This document shows positions 30,752-42,945 of a stretch of DNA of 64,000 nt, piece by piece. The stretch lies in assembly GCF_057098645.1 (NCBI RefSeq), contig NZ_CM169472.1. The stretch is one strand, 5' to 3'. Position numbers and translations under genes: made by a program. How positions within the stretch are numbered: position 1 is the stretch's first letter; each line of letters starts with the position of its first letter. Below the pieces are notes generated by a model. That model ran no database searches. It saw only the letters and a program-made list of their open reading frames with translations, and had not been told where the DNA came from.

Positions 30752-30825
30752 TGGAGGCGCGTTCCGGAGTCGAACCGGACTAGACGGATTTGCAATCCGC
30801 TACATAACCGCTTTGTTAACGCGCC
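30752..30825 (-). tRNA. cysT: tRNA-Cys (anticodon GCA)
   Basis: 74-nt GGCGCGTTAACAAAGCGGTTATGTAGCGGATTGCAAATCCGTCTAGTCCGGTTCGACTCCGGAACGCGCCTCCA on the minus strand. Confidence 0.9.
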
Positions 30826-30878
30826 AAATTCTTCAGGCCTTTCAGCCAGACATCCGCTGACGCCGATGTCTTTTAAAC

Positions 30879-30954
<76 letters not shown>

Positions 30955-31105
30955 ATTCATCAAGCAATCAGTTAATCACTTGATTTTATTATCGTCTGGC
31001 AATCAGTGCCGCCGTTCGATGCGTTGCATTCTACTTACCTGGCGCGATGAGTCAACGATATTTTTCACCACTTTTGATCGTTTGCTGAAAATTGCGCCGA
31101 AACGA

Positions 31106-31654
31106 TCACTGATCAAGCAAATCTGCACGCGCAGCGCTCAAATATTGCAACATTGACCACAGAGTCAGTACCGCAGCCACAAAGAAAAGTGCAATACCGG
31201 CGTACTCAACCCAAATGTTCGGACGCCACAGCAGCCATGCCAACGCCACCATCTGGGCAGTGGTTTTCACTTTCCCAATCCAGGAGACAGCCACGCTACT
31301 GCGTTTACCCAACTCCGCCATCCATTCGCGTAGCGCAGAAATAATAATTTCACGAGCGATCATCGTTGCCGCCGGTAAGGTCACCCACCAGCTGTGGTAA
31401 TGCTCGGTTACCAGCACCATGGCGATAGCCACGAGAACTTTATCTGCTACAGGGTCAAGGAAAGCACCAAACCGGGTACTCTGGTTCCAGCGGCGTGCCA
31501 GAAAACCATCGAACCAGTCAGTCACCGCCGCGACGCAGAAAATGAGCGCGGCGGCAAACGGCGACCAGGTGACAGGCAGATAAAAGACCAATACAAAGAA
31601 TGGGATAAGGATGACACGGAACAGTGTAAGCAACGTAGGGATATTAAATTGCAT
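31106..31654 (-). CDS. pgsA: CDP-diacylglycerol--glycerol-3-phosphate 3-phosphatidyltransferase
   Basis: 182-aa membrane protein with CDP-alcohol phosphotransferase motif (...[10 protein letters not shown]...[10 protein letters not shown]...); conserved position next to uvrC. Confidence 0.9.
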
Positions 31655-31710
31655 AATGACGGGTAACTATCTGTTGTCAGTAAGATTACCCCTATGTTGC
31701 TACAGAGACA

Positions 31711-33543
31711 TCAATGTTTCAACGACCAGAAGATCTTTTCTGCCAGACCTTGCGAAATACCCGGCACTTTTGCAATTTCCTCGACGCTGGCGTTACGTAA
31801 ACCTTGCAAACCACCCATATATTTCAACAACATTTGCCGGCGTTTTGGCCCGACGCCTTCAATGGTTTCCAGGGAACTGGTATTTTTGACCTTCGCCCGT
31901 TTTTTACGGTGCCCGCCAATCGCGTGATCATGTGATTCATCGCGAATATGCTGGATAACATGCAGCGCGGGAGAATCTGGCGGCAAACTGAATCCCTCAC
32001 CTTCCGGCTCAAAGAACAGCGTTTCCAGCCCAGCCTTACGATCTGCTCCTTTGGCAACGCCAAGTAGCAGCGGATGATTTTTATCCCATGAGACATCCAG
32101 TTCGGCGAAGACATTTTTCGCCTGCGCAAGCTGGCCTTTGCCGCCGTCGATAAGTATCACATCCGGGATCTTACTGTCGTCGATGGCTTTACCATAACGC
32201 CGACGCAGCACCTGATTCATCGCCGCATAATCATCGCCCGGCGTGATGCCAGTAATGTTATAGCGCCGATACTCCGCACGCAGCGGGCCGTTAGCATCAA
32301 ACACCACACAGGAAGCGACGGTTTGTTCACCCATGGTATGGCTGATGTCAAAGCACTCCATCCGCTTCACTTCCGGCAATTTCAACACGCTGGCAAGCGC
32401 GGTCAGTCGCTGGTGAACGGTAGATTGCTGCGAAAGTTTGCTGGTTAAGGCCGTCGCCGCATTGGTGCGCGCGAGTTTCAGATAACGCGCCCTATCGCCG
32501 CGAGGTTTGGTTTGAACATTAATCTTGCGTCCCGCCAGTTCTGAAAGGGAATCGGCGAGCAGCGTTTTATCGCTAAGATTAAAATCGAGCAGGATCTCAC
32601 CCGGTAAGGTGCGCATCTGGCTGCCTTGTAAATAGAACTGTCCTACGAAGGTTTCCACCACCTCGCTCAGTTCCGTACCGCCAGGCACTTTCGGGAAATA
32701 GCTGCGGCTGCCGAGCACTTTGCCCTGACGAATGAACAATACGTGGACACAAGCCATGCCCGCATCGAACGCCACACCAATAACGTCAAGGTCGTCGCCG
32801 GTATTGGACACAAACTGTTTTTCGGTGACGCGTCGCACCGCCTGAATTTGGTCGCGAATACGTGCCGCTTCTTCAAACTCCAGATTCTGGCTGGCAGTTT
32901 CCATACGGCTAATGAGTTGCGTAAGCACCTGATCATCTTTGCCAGACAAAAACAGGCGCACATACTCGACCTGCTGAGCGTATTCTTCTTCACTCACCAG
33001 TCCTTCAACGCACGGTCCCAGACAGCGCCCTATCTGATATTGCAGACACGGACGCGAGCGATTGCGATAAACACTATTTTCGCACTGGCGAATGGGGAAT
33101 ATCTTTTGCAGTAGCGCCAGTGTTTCACGTACGGCATAGCCATTCGGGAACGGGCCAAAATATTCACCTTTGGCATGCTTCGCACCACGATGCATCGCCA
33201 GACGCGGGTGGGTATCGCCACTCAGGAAGATAAAGGGATAAGATTTATCATCGCGTAGCAAAACGTTGTAACGCGGCTGATAGAGTTTGATGTAGTTGTG
33301 TTCCAGCAACAGCGCTTCGGTTTCTGTATGAGTAACCGTTACATCAATTTGCTGGATCTGGGCGACCAGCGCTTCGGTTTTGCGCGAAGCGAGGTTGCTA
33401 CGGAAATAGCTGGAAAGCCGTTTTTTCAGGTCTTTCGCTTTGCCGACATAGATAACCGTACCACCAGCATCGTACATGCGATAAACGCCTGGCTGGCTGG
33501 TTACGGTTTTTAAAAACGCTTTTGCGTCAAACTGATCACTCAC
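31711..33543 (-). CDS. uvrC: Excinuclease ABC subunit C
   Basis: 610-aa ORF; N-terminal GIY-YIG ([24 protein letters not shown]), C-terminal HhH region. Confidence 0.93.
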
Positions 33544-34196
33544 TGACTTGATAATGTCTCCGCATTACACAGACCATGGCGAATTGCCAGGTGAGTCAGC
33601 TCAACATCGCCATGAATGTTTAGTTTACTGAACATACGATAGCGGTAGCTGTTCACCGTTTTCGGACTGAGATTGAGCTGTTCTGAGATCTCATTGACCT
33701 TCTGGCCCTTGGTGATCATCAGCATAATCTGCAATTCACGTTCAGACAAACTGGCAAATGGGCTTTCTGTTTTTTCTGGTTCGATCTGGCTTAACGCCAT
33801 TTGTTGAGCGATGTCAGAAGCAATGTAACGCTGCCCTGAATAGACAGAACGGATCGCACTCACGACTTCCTGCGGAGCCGCGCCTTTGCTGAGGTAGCCC
33901 GCAGCACCGGCCTGCATGACTTTCGCTGGTAAAGGGTTTTCTGTATGGACGGTAAGCATGATGATTTTGACATCAGCTGTGGAACGCGCGATTTTACGCG
34001 TCGCCTCAAGACCGCCAATGCCCGGCATACTCATGTCCATTAGCACCACGTCAACGGCATTTGCCCGGCACCACTTAACGGCGTCTTCACCGCACGATGC
34101 CTCACCGACGACTTTTATACCCTTTATATCTTCCAGAATGCGTCGTATCCCTGCGCGCACCAGTTCGTGGTCATCAACAAGTAGAACGTTGATCAA
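33540..34196 (-). CDS. uvrY: Two-component response regulator UvrY (BarA partner)
   Basis: 218-aa ORF; receiver domain ([19 protein letters not shown]..., phospho-acceptor D in VVLMDMSMP) and LuxR-type HTH C-terminus; overlaps uvrC start. Confidence 0.93.
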
Positions 34197-34654
34197 AGGA
34201 ATATCTCCAGAAATAGGGATAACGCTACTGATAGTTAGTCATTCGTATATTAGCGGTTTTTATTGCAACTTTGAAACGTTAAAAATGGTGGTTATTCGAT
34301 TTTTCTCTCGTTTTTGTAAATTCGATTGTCCACAGTTATGGTCACGCCCGTCACCAACGGCTTCCGGGATCGTTTCACAGTAAGCCCTGCGATGAAATGT
34401 GACAAAAATTGACTTTATTCAGCAAAAATGAAAATCAGCCCGCTGAATATGTAACATTAATTAACCCGAACAATACGGGCAAAAAACATTCATGATAAAA
34501 ATATTTATTGGTCATTATATTAACGTATTTTATAGTACTGTTGATATCACGCTCAAAAAACAACCACTGCTATTTTTAGCAAAGCTTATGGTATACTCCG
34601 CCGCCTTAACATTTTTCACCGCAAATTTTCATTGCAACATGACGAGGAAAATAA

Positions 34655-34879
34655 ATGAGTACGCCTGATTTTTCTACTGCCGAGAATAATCAAGAACTGG
34701 CAAATGAAGTCTCCTGCCTGAAAGCGATGCTGACGCTGATGCTGCAGGCGATGGGACAAGCTGACGCGGGCCGCGTGATGTTAAAGATGGAAAAACAGCT
34801 TGCGCTGATCGAAGACAAAACCCAGGCTGCAGTATTTTCCAAAACGGTTAAGCAAATTAAACAAGCCTACCGTCAGTAA
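34655..34879 (+). CDS. yecF: Small protein YecF (DUF2594)
   Basis: 74-aa ORF at the conserved position between uvrY and sdiA; followed by a hairpin/T-run. Confidence 0.8.
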   Translation: MSTPDFSTAENNQELANEVSCLKAMLTLMLQAMGQADAGRVMLKMEKQLALIEDKTQAAVFSKTVKQIKQAYRQ

Positions 34880-34883
34880 TATA

Positions 34884-34918
34884 AAACCGGCTGATAGCGT
34901 GCCTTTCAGCCGGTTTTT
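34884..34918. terminator. Bidirectional rho-independent terminator between yecF and sdiA
   Basis: Hairpin aaaccggctga...tcagccggttttt flanked by A/T runs; lies between convergent genes. Confidence 0.6.
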
Positions 34919-34946
34919 GCATCTGGCACGCAGGACAGAAAAGAGA

Positions 34947-35669
34947 TCAAATTAAGCCAGTAGCGGCCGCGTAACAGGCAACCTGGGTCTTATTTGGTGC
35001 ATTAATTTTTTTCTGCATGTTTTTCTGGTGGAAATTGACCGTATTCTCAGAGATTGACAAAATCATCGCTATCTCTGCTGATGTCTTCCCTTCCGCCGTC
35101 CACCTCAGAATTTCTTTTTCGCGCTTGCTGAAATTCATCTCTGGCGTCATCACTATTTCATCATTTAAACGCATCAGAGCCATCAGACTTTCGCGCACCA
35201 GTAACTGCATTTTTAATTGCAGTTCATCACTAAGAATGGGTATTTCGCGCGCGCTGCAACGGGAAAAGGACAAAAAGCCCAGCGCCCGGTTTGGCAGCAT
35301 TAAATACTGAGTGACACCGCGGCGTAAACCATGTGCGCGCGCGGCTTCCCATAACGGCTGTGCTTCGCTGAATAAGTCATCATTCCACATTAAATGGCCC
35401 TGACTAAAGTTTTCAGGGTTCAGCACCGGATCAATTGCGAGAAAGTTTTTTGCCTGATAATAACTAACCCACGCCTCAGGGTAATTGGTGTAGAAAGCCA
35501 CTTTAGGTCGCGTGAATGGTACCGGGTGGCGAACACATAACGAATAGTAATCGTACTCCAGCTGCTGAGCCTGAAGCTCTATTTCACGGTAGACCTCTTC
35601 TGCGGCCTCCATCCTCTGAAAACGCAACAGCATCGTGCGACGCCAGCTGAAAAAATCCGTATCCTGCAT
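34947..35669 (-). CDS. sdiA: LuxR-family quorum-sensing regulator SdiA
   Basis: 240 aa from internal Met (MQDTDFFSWRRTMLLRFQ...); autoinducer-binding domain plus C-terminal LuxR HTH (...EKEILRWTAEGKTSAEIAMILSISENTVNFH...). Confidence 0.92.
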   Translation of the reverse strand: MQDTDFFSWRRTMLLRFQRMEAAEEVYREIELQAQQLEYDYYSLCVRHPVPFTRPKVAFYTNYPEAWVSYYQAKNFLAIDPVLNPENFSQGHLMWNDDLFSEAQPLWEAARAHGLRRGVTQYLMLPNRALGFLSFSRCSAREIPILSDELQLKMQLLVRESLMALMRLNDEIVMTPEMNFSKREKEILRWTAEGKTSAEIAMILSISENTVNFHQKNMQKKINAPNKTQVACYAAATGLI

Positions 35670-35898
35670 AGTAAACCGCAACGCCCCTGAGAGTGAGTAT
35701 CATTTATAATGATAATTCAAACTATCACATAAATAAGATTTATATATAATTTATATTATTCAGGCAATGAATTACTTTTGCAAGCCATCGCATTCTCTTA
35801 TGTTATTAATGAGTTATGCTGATTTGTTAAGCAGTTTTATCACGCTTGAAATGGCGTCCCGCCCCGACAGGTGAATCGTCGGGGCTGATTTTTTCTTA

Positions 35899-36651
35899 TT
35901 ATTGCAGCAGAAACTTCTCGAGGAACTGGCGGGTGCGAGGCTGCTCGGGATCGGCAAATAACGCTTTTGCTGCCCCCTGCTCGACTATCCGCCCCTGGTC
36001 CATAAAAATCGCCCGGTCCGCAACATCCCGGGCAAAGCTCATTTCGTGCGTCACAATCACCATCGTGCGCTTTTCCTGCGCCAGCTGACGGATGGTGTTC
36101 AGGACTTCGCCCACCAGCTCTGGATCCAGCGCTGACGTTGGCTCGTCAAACAAAATCACCTCAGGACGCATTGCCAGCGCACGCGCAATCGCAACACGCT
36201 GCTGTTGACCGCCAGACAAACGACGTGGATAGCTGGTTTCTTTACCGGCCAGCCCAACTTTTGCCAGCAGCTCGCGAGCGCGCGCCGTGGCCTCTTCTTT
36301 CGGTTCGCCTTTGACGATCACCGGCCCTTCAATAATGTTCTCCAGCACCGTACGATGCGGAAACAAATTAAAGTTCTGGAAAACAAACCCGACGTGCTGA
36401 CGCAACTGGCGAATCAGCGATTTTTGCTGACTTAATGAACGTGCAGTATCAATAGTGATATCGCCAACGGTGATCGTTCCCGCTTCCGGTTGTTCCAGCA
36501 GATTTATGCTACGTAGCAACGTGGTTTTGCCGGAACCACTCGGACCGATAATTGCCACCACTTCGCCAGGCTTTACCTCGAGGTCGATACCGTGCAGCAC
36601 CGTCTGACCGTGGAATTTTTTCACCAGGTTCTTAACTTCAATGGCACTCAT
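35899..36651 (-). CDS. tcyN: L-cystine ABC transporter ATP-binding protein
   Basis: 250-aa ORF; Walker A GPSGSGKTT, ABC signature LSGGQQQRVAIARA, Walker B ILFDEPTSALD. Confidence 0.9.
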   Translation of the reverse strand: MSAIEVKNLVKKFHGQTVLHGIDLEVKPGEVVAIIGPSGSGKTTLLRSINLLEQPEAGTITVGDITIDTARSLSQQKSLIRQLRQHVGFVFQNFNLFPHRTVLENIIEGPVIVKGEPKEEATARARELLAKVGLAGKETSYPRRLSGGQQQRVAIARALAMRPEVILFDEPTSALDPELVGEVLNTIRQLAQEKRTMVIVTHEMSFARDVADRAIFMDQGRIVEQGAAKALFADPEQPRTRQFLEKFLLQ

Positions 36652-37316
36652 TTTGGTTCTCTCTCCTGGCGATTAAGTTGATTCTCAAAATGGTTCTGCA
36701 ACGTCGATAACACAGTCGCCATGATCCAGTAGATGAGCGAAGCCGCCAGATACATGGTGAACACCTCCAGCGTACGCGAGGTAATCAACTGCGCCTGACG
36801 GAACAGCTCCGGCACCTGGATTGTCGCGGCCAGCGACGTATCTTTTACCAGGCTGATAAAGCTGTTCGACAGCGGCGGCAACGCCACACGCGCCGCCTGT
36901 GGCAAAATCGCGCGACGCATGGTCTGCCACGGCGTCATACCAATACTGGCTGCCGCTTCCCACTGACCTTTATCAATAGAAGAAATGGCGGCGCGCAGCG
37001 TTTCGGCAGCATAGGCGGCAGTGTTCAACGACAGACCAATCATTGCTGACGGAATGGGATCTAATTCGATACCAAACTGCGGCAGGCCGTAATAGATCAT
37101 AAACAGTTGTGCGATGAGCGGCGTACCACGAAAAATAGAGATATAAAAACGCGCCAGCCAGCGCACGGGCCAGATTGGCGACAGGCGCATCAGCGCGAGA
37201 ATAAACCCGAGCAGTAAGCCAAAAAACATGCCGCCGATACTGAGTTGCAGCGTATACCCAGCCCCTTTCAGCAGGAACGGCAAGGAATCAATAACCAGTT
37301 GTATACTTTCTTGCAT
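36648..37316 (-). CDS. tcyL: L-cystine ABC transporter permease
   Basis: 222-aa polar amino acid ABC permease with multiple TM helices; overlaps tcyN start. Confidence 0.88.
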   Translation of the reverse strand: MQESIQLVIDSLPFLLKGAGYTLQLSIGGMFFGLLLGFILALMRLSPIWPVRWLARFYISIFRGTPLIAQLFMIYYGLPQFGIELDPIPSAMIGLSLNTAAYAAETLRAAISSIDKGQWEAAASIGMTPWQTMRRAILPQAARVALPPLSNSFISLVKDTSLAATIQVPELFRQAQLITSRTLEVFTMYLAASLIYWIMATVLSTLQNHFENQLNRQEREPK

Positions 37317-37330
37317 GAGCGTTCCCGGAG

Positions 37331-39222
<1,892 letters not shown>

Positions 39223-39309
39223 ATTCACCCCGAATGTTGTTATGTCTGTTTGCAGTGTAGAGCCATTGTTTGTAAACACAAAAACAACTCCGCTACATCT
39301 TATTCTTAT

Positions 39310-39861
39310 TTAATATATATCAGAAGAAGGCAGGCTGGAGGATTTCTGCACAAGTCTGGTACAGGTTTGGCGCTGATAGTGTTGATACTTCCGTAACGCG
39401 ATGCGGTAATTGTTGGTGCTGGTGGTGGGCAGCCACGGGGCGAGGATTTCATCAAGGAAACCGTCCTGCAGCTGATCGAGGGAAATATTTTGCTCGTGTA
39501 GATGATTCCCCAAACGGCGCAAACGAACGACATATTCACGCACCGTACCTGGGCTCATTTCAGTTTGCTCAAAAAGAAATTGCTTAAAGCCGATAATATC
39601 GAAAAAATCACTCTGCGTTTTGCAATGTAAATCACCGCAAAATCGGCACAATGCCGCCCATGATTTTTGTTCCGTTTGCCAGCCATTTTCATCAAGCAGC
39701 GTGTCCAGGCGGGAAATCTCGATTTTATTCACTATTTTGCCGTCGCGAACTAAGGTAATGCGATCGAGTAATTTACGGCAATGCGCGCAATGGGTCTGGC
39801 TGTGTTTAAAGTCTTTAAGATAGCGGCTTAATGGCCGTCTTTTCAGGTGCTGCACCATCAT
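39310..39861 (-). CDS. fliZ: Flagellar regulatory protein FliZ
   Basis: 183 aa from MMVQHLKRRPLSRYLKDF...; directly downstream of fliA in the same operon. Confidence 0.88.
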   Translation of the reverse strand: MMVQHLKRRPLSRYLKDFKHSQTHCAHCRKLLDRITLVRDGKIVNKIEISRLDTLLDENGWQTEQKSWAALCRFCGDLHCKTQSDFFDIIGFKQFLFEQTEMSPGTVREYVVRLRRLGNHLHEQNISLDQLQDGFLDEILAPWLPTTSTNNYRIALRKYQHYQRQTCTRLVQKSSSLPSSDIY

Positions 39862-39906
39862 TAAGAACTCCTGGTAGTCAAAGTTAAAGTGCGGCATTTA
39901 CTGACG

Positions 39907-40626
39907 TTATAACTTACCCAGTTTAGTGCGTAACCGTTTAATAGCCTGGCTGTGTAACTGACTGACCCGCGATTCCCCGACCTCCAGCACCGCGCCAATC
40001 TCTTTGAGATTCAGCTCTTCCTGGTAATAGAGGGTTAATACCAGTTTTTCGCGCTCCGGCAACGTTTCGATGGCTTCCATCACCCGCTGGCGCAGATTAC
40101 TGTCCAGTAGTTGTTGTAGCGGGTTTTCTCGCTGATGATCATCAGTAACCAGTTCGATGCTATCGCCGTGCTCTTCGCGCCACTCATCGTAGGAGAAGAG
40201 CTGGCTGTTATTGGTGTCGAGCAACATTTGGCGATAATCGGCAATATCGATCCCTAAACGTTCCGCTACCTCAGTTTCCGTGGCGTTGCGGCCAAGTTCC
40301 TGCTCCAGTTGCCCTATTGCCTGTGCCACTTCACGCGCGTTGCGTCGCACGCTGCGCGGCACCCAGTCACGGCTGCGAAGTTCATCCAGCATAGCGCCAC
40401 GGATACGCTGCACTGCGTAAGTTGTAAATGCCGTTCCTTGTAGGGCGTCATAGCGTTCGACGGCATTAAGTAACCCAATGCCGCCCGCCTGTAGCAGATC
40501 GTCAAGTTCCACGCTCGCGGGCAGTCGAACCTGCAGGCGCAATGCTTCGTGACGCACCAGCGGGACATAACGCTGCCACAGCGAGTGTTTATCCATTACA
40601 CCTTCAGCGGTATAGAGTGAATTCAC
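39907..40626 (-). CDS. fliA: RNA polymerase sigma factor FliA (sigma-28)
   Basis: 239-aa ORF with sigma-70-family regions 2-4 (...YVPLVRHEALRLQVRLP..., C-terminal HTH ...EIGAVLEVGESRVSQLHSQAIKRLR...). Confidence 0.93.
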   Translation of the reverse strand: MNSLYTAEGVMDKHSLWQRYVPLVRHEALRLQVRLPASVELDDLLQAGGIGLLNAVERYDALQGTAFTTYAVQRIRGAMLDELRSRDWVPRSVRRNAREVAQAIGQLEQELGRNATETEVAERLGIDIADYRQMLLDTNNSQLFSYDEWREEHGDSIELVTDDHQRENPLQQLLDSNLRQRVMEAIETLPEREKLVLTLYYQEELNLKEIGAVLEVGESRVSQLHSQAIKRLRTKLGKL

Positions 40627-40746
40627 GATAAACAGCCCTGCGTTATATGAGTTATCGGCATGATTATCCGTTTCTGCAGGGTTTTTAATCGGACGATTAG
40701 TGGGTGAAATGAGGGGTTATTTGGGGGTTACCAGTAAATTGCGAAC

Positions 40747-40772
40747 AGAAAAAACCCCCGCCGGTGGCGGGG
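40747..40772 (-). terminator. Rho-independent terminator downstream of fliC
   Basis: Minus-strand hairpin ccccgccaccggcggggg followed by a T6 run. Confidence 0.6.
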
Positions 40773-40800
40773 AAGCACGTTGCTGACAAATTGCGCTTTA

Positions 40801-40910
40801 TGTTGCCGGATGCGGCGTAAACGCCTTACCCGGCCTACAAAAATGTGCAAATTCAATAAATTGCAATTCACCTTGTAGGCCTGATAAGCGCAGCGCATCA
40901 GGCAATTTGG
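40801..40910. repeat. REP / BIME-type repetitive extragenic palindromes
   Basis: gccggatgcggcgtaaacgccttacccggcctac and taggcctgataagcgcagcgcatcaggca units typical of E. coli REP sequences, between fliA and fliC. Confidence 0.7.
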
Positions 40911-40946
40911 CGTTGCCGTCAGTCTCAGTTAATCAGGTTACGACGA

Positions 40947-42680
40947 TTAACCCTGCAGCAGAGACAGAACCTGCTGCGGTACCTGGTTAGCTTTTGCCAG
41001 CACGGAGTTACCGGCCTGCTGGATGATCTGCGCTTTCGACATGTTGGACACTTCGGTCGCATAGTCGGCGTCCTGAATACGGGACTGCGCTTCAGACAGG
41101 TTAGTAGTGGTGTTGTTCAGGTTGGTGACTGCGGAATCCAGACGGTTTTGCACCGCACCGAGGGAAGAACGGAATTTGTCGATGGAGCTGATCGCTTCGT
41201 CCAGAGCTTTCAGGGGATCGGCGGTGGTTGCAGCTTTAGTTTCAGCGTCAGTAGTAAAATTACCATCCGCTGAAACATAGACTGCTTTACCTGAACCATT
41301 GGTCACAGTTCCGTCTTTTTGCAAAAACAGATTGGTTGTATTATCGGTAGTCAGTGAACCATCAGCTTTGGTGTAAGCATCTTCAAAACCTGTACCTGTG
41401 TGTTGTTGTACTATACCTTTACTATCAACTTTAATATCGCCTGCGCTGGTACCAGTAGTTCCAACATCAACCGTGAATCCTGTGGACTTAGTTGCCGATT
41501 GAAGAGACTCAGCACTCATTCTTGCATTTGCTACAGTGATTGTACCAGAAGTAGTAGCATCAGTACCGCCAGCCAGAGTGAAGGTTGTTTCATCTTCAGT
41601 TGTAATTACCGTAGATACGGCATCCGGTGTGCCTGTTGTATGCCAGTTTTTAGTCAGTGCATCAAGAGTGGCTGCTTTGACAGTCCCAGCATTGTTTTGA
41701 GTGAGGTTACCATCTACGTCAATAAATAGTTCTGAACCATCTTTCGCGGTAATTTTGCCATCGCTCGCCAGAACAACATCAACAGATGTCGTACCGATTT
41801 TGACGCTCAGGTTAGCTGTATCACCTGCTTTTGGTGTCAGGAAGGATTGCAGAGCTGCGCTGTTACTATCACCGACCGCAGCAGCAGCAATGCTGGCATT
41901 GAAAGTGAAATCATTTGTAGCTTTATTGTAGGTGTAGTCTGTAGCTGCTGCACCAAAACCGTTGGAAATGCTAGCATTAACAACAGCACCATCTGCAAGG
42001 TTTGCAAACACGTTTGCTGCTGTGGCTTTGTTAAGCCCTGCGTCTACGGTATATTTGGTCACGCCGTCAGTACCGACAGCAGGAGTTGTACCCGCAGCAG
42101 CAGCAGCCAGTTCATCTTTAGTCGCTGCAGTATTAGCCACAGCCCCGCCACCATTCACATTAAACCCACTCAGCCCCAGCGTATCTGAGTCAATTTTCTT
42201 CAGATCAATAGTGATAGTCTGGCCGTCATTCGCACCAACCTGAATTTTCATTGAACCGTCTTTCGCCAGTACGTTCACGCCGTTGAACTGGGTCTGGCCA
42301 GATACGCGGTCAATTTCGTCCAGACGGGATTTGATTTCGTCCTGAATGGAGTCCAGATCCGAATCGGAGTTAGTCCCGGTAGAAGCCTGAACCGTCAGTT
42401 CACGGATACGCTGTAAGTTGTTGTTGATTTCGGACAGCGCGCCTTCGGTGGTCTGTGCAACAGAAATACCGTCGTTGGCGTTACGTGCAGCCTGAGTCAG
42501 GCCTTTAATATTAGAGGTGAAACGGTTAGCAATCGCCTGACCTGCGGCGTCATCCTTCGCGCTGTTAATACGCAAGCCAGAAGACAGACGCTCGATAGAA
42601 CTCGACAGCGCAGACTGGTTCTTGTTGATATTATTTTGAGTGATCAGCGAGAGGCTGTTGGTATTAATGACTTGTGCCAT
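40947..42680 (-). CDS. fliC: Flagellin (H antigen) with long variable central domain
   Basis: 577-aa ORF; conserved N-terminus (MAQVINTNSLSLITQNNINKNQSALSSSIERLSSGLRINSAKDDAAGQAIANRF) and C-terminus (...QVPQQVLSLLQG); Thr/Ala/Gly-rich central region. Confidence 0.93.
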   Translation of the reverse strand: MAQVINTNSLSLITQNNINKNQSALSSSIERLSSGLRINSAKDDAAGQAIANRFTSNIKGLTQAARNANDGISVAQTTEGALSEINNNLQRIRELTVQASTGTNSDSDLDSIQDEIKSRLDEIDRVSGQTQFNGVNVLAKDGSMKIQVGANDGQTITIDLKKIDSDTLGLSGFNVNGGGAVANTAATKDELAAAAAGTTPAVGTDGVTKYTVDAGLNKATAANVFANLADGAVVNASISNGFGAAATDYTYNKATNDFTFNASIAAAAVGDSNSAALQSFLTPKAGDTANLSVKIGTTSVDVVLASDGKITAKDGSELFIDVDGNLTQNNAGTVKAATLDALTKNWHTTGTPDAVSTVITTEDETTFTLAGGTDATTSGTITVANARMSAESLQSATKSTGFTVDVGTTGTSAGDIKVDSKGIVQQHTGTGFEDAYTKADGSLTTDNTTNLFLQKDGTVTNGSGKAVYVSADGNFTTDAETKAATTADPLKALDEAISSIDKFRSSLGAVQNRLDSAVTNLNNTTTNLSEAQSRIQDADYATEVSNMSKAQIIQQAGNSVLAKANQVPQQVLSLLQG

Positions 42681-42699
42681 GATTCGTTATCCTATATTG

Positions 42700-42770
42700 C
42701 AAGTCGTTGATTACGTATTGGGTTTCCACCCGTCGGCTCAATCGCCGTCAACCCTGTTATCGTCTGTCGT
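42700..42770 (-). promoter_or_regulatory. fliC promoter region (sigma-28 dependent, approximate)
   Basis: Upstream of the fliC start on the minus strand; contains a GCCGACGG element resembling the sigma-28 -10 (GCCGATAA); exact -35 not confidently placed. Confidence 0.35.
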
Positions 42771-42875
42771 AAAACAACCTTTAGAATTTTTTTCACAAAC
42801 AGCCATTTTTTGTTAGTCGCCGAAATACTCTTTTCTCAGCCCCTTATTCCCGCTATTAAAAAAAACAATTAAACG

Positions 42876-42902
42876 TAAACTTTGCGCAATTCAGGCCGAT
42901 AA
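42876..42902 (+). promoter_or_regulatory. Sigma-28 (class 3) promoter of fliD
   Basis: TAAA-N15-GCCGATAA match: TAAA 42876..42879, GCCGATAA 42895..42902, ~43 bp upstream of the fliD ATG. Confidence 0.7.
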
Positions 42903-42945
42903 CCCCGGTATTCGTTTTACGTGTCGAAAGATAAAAGGAAATCGC

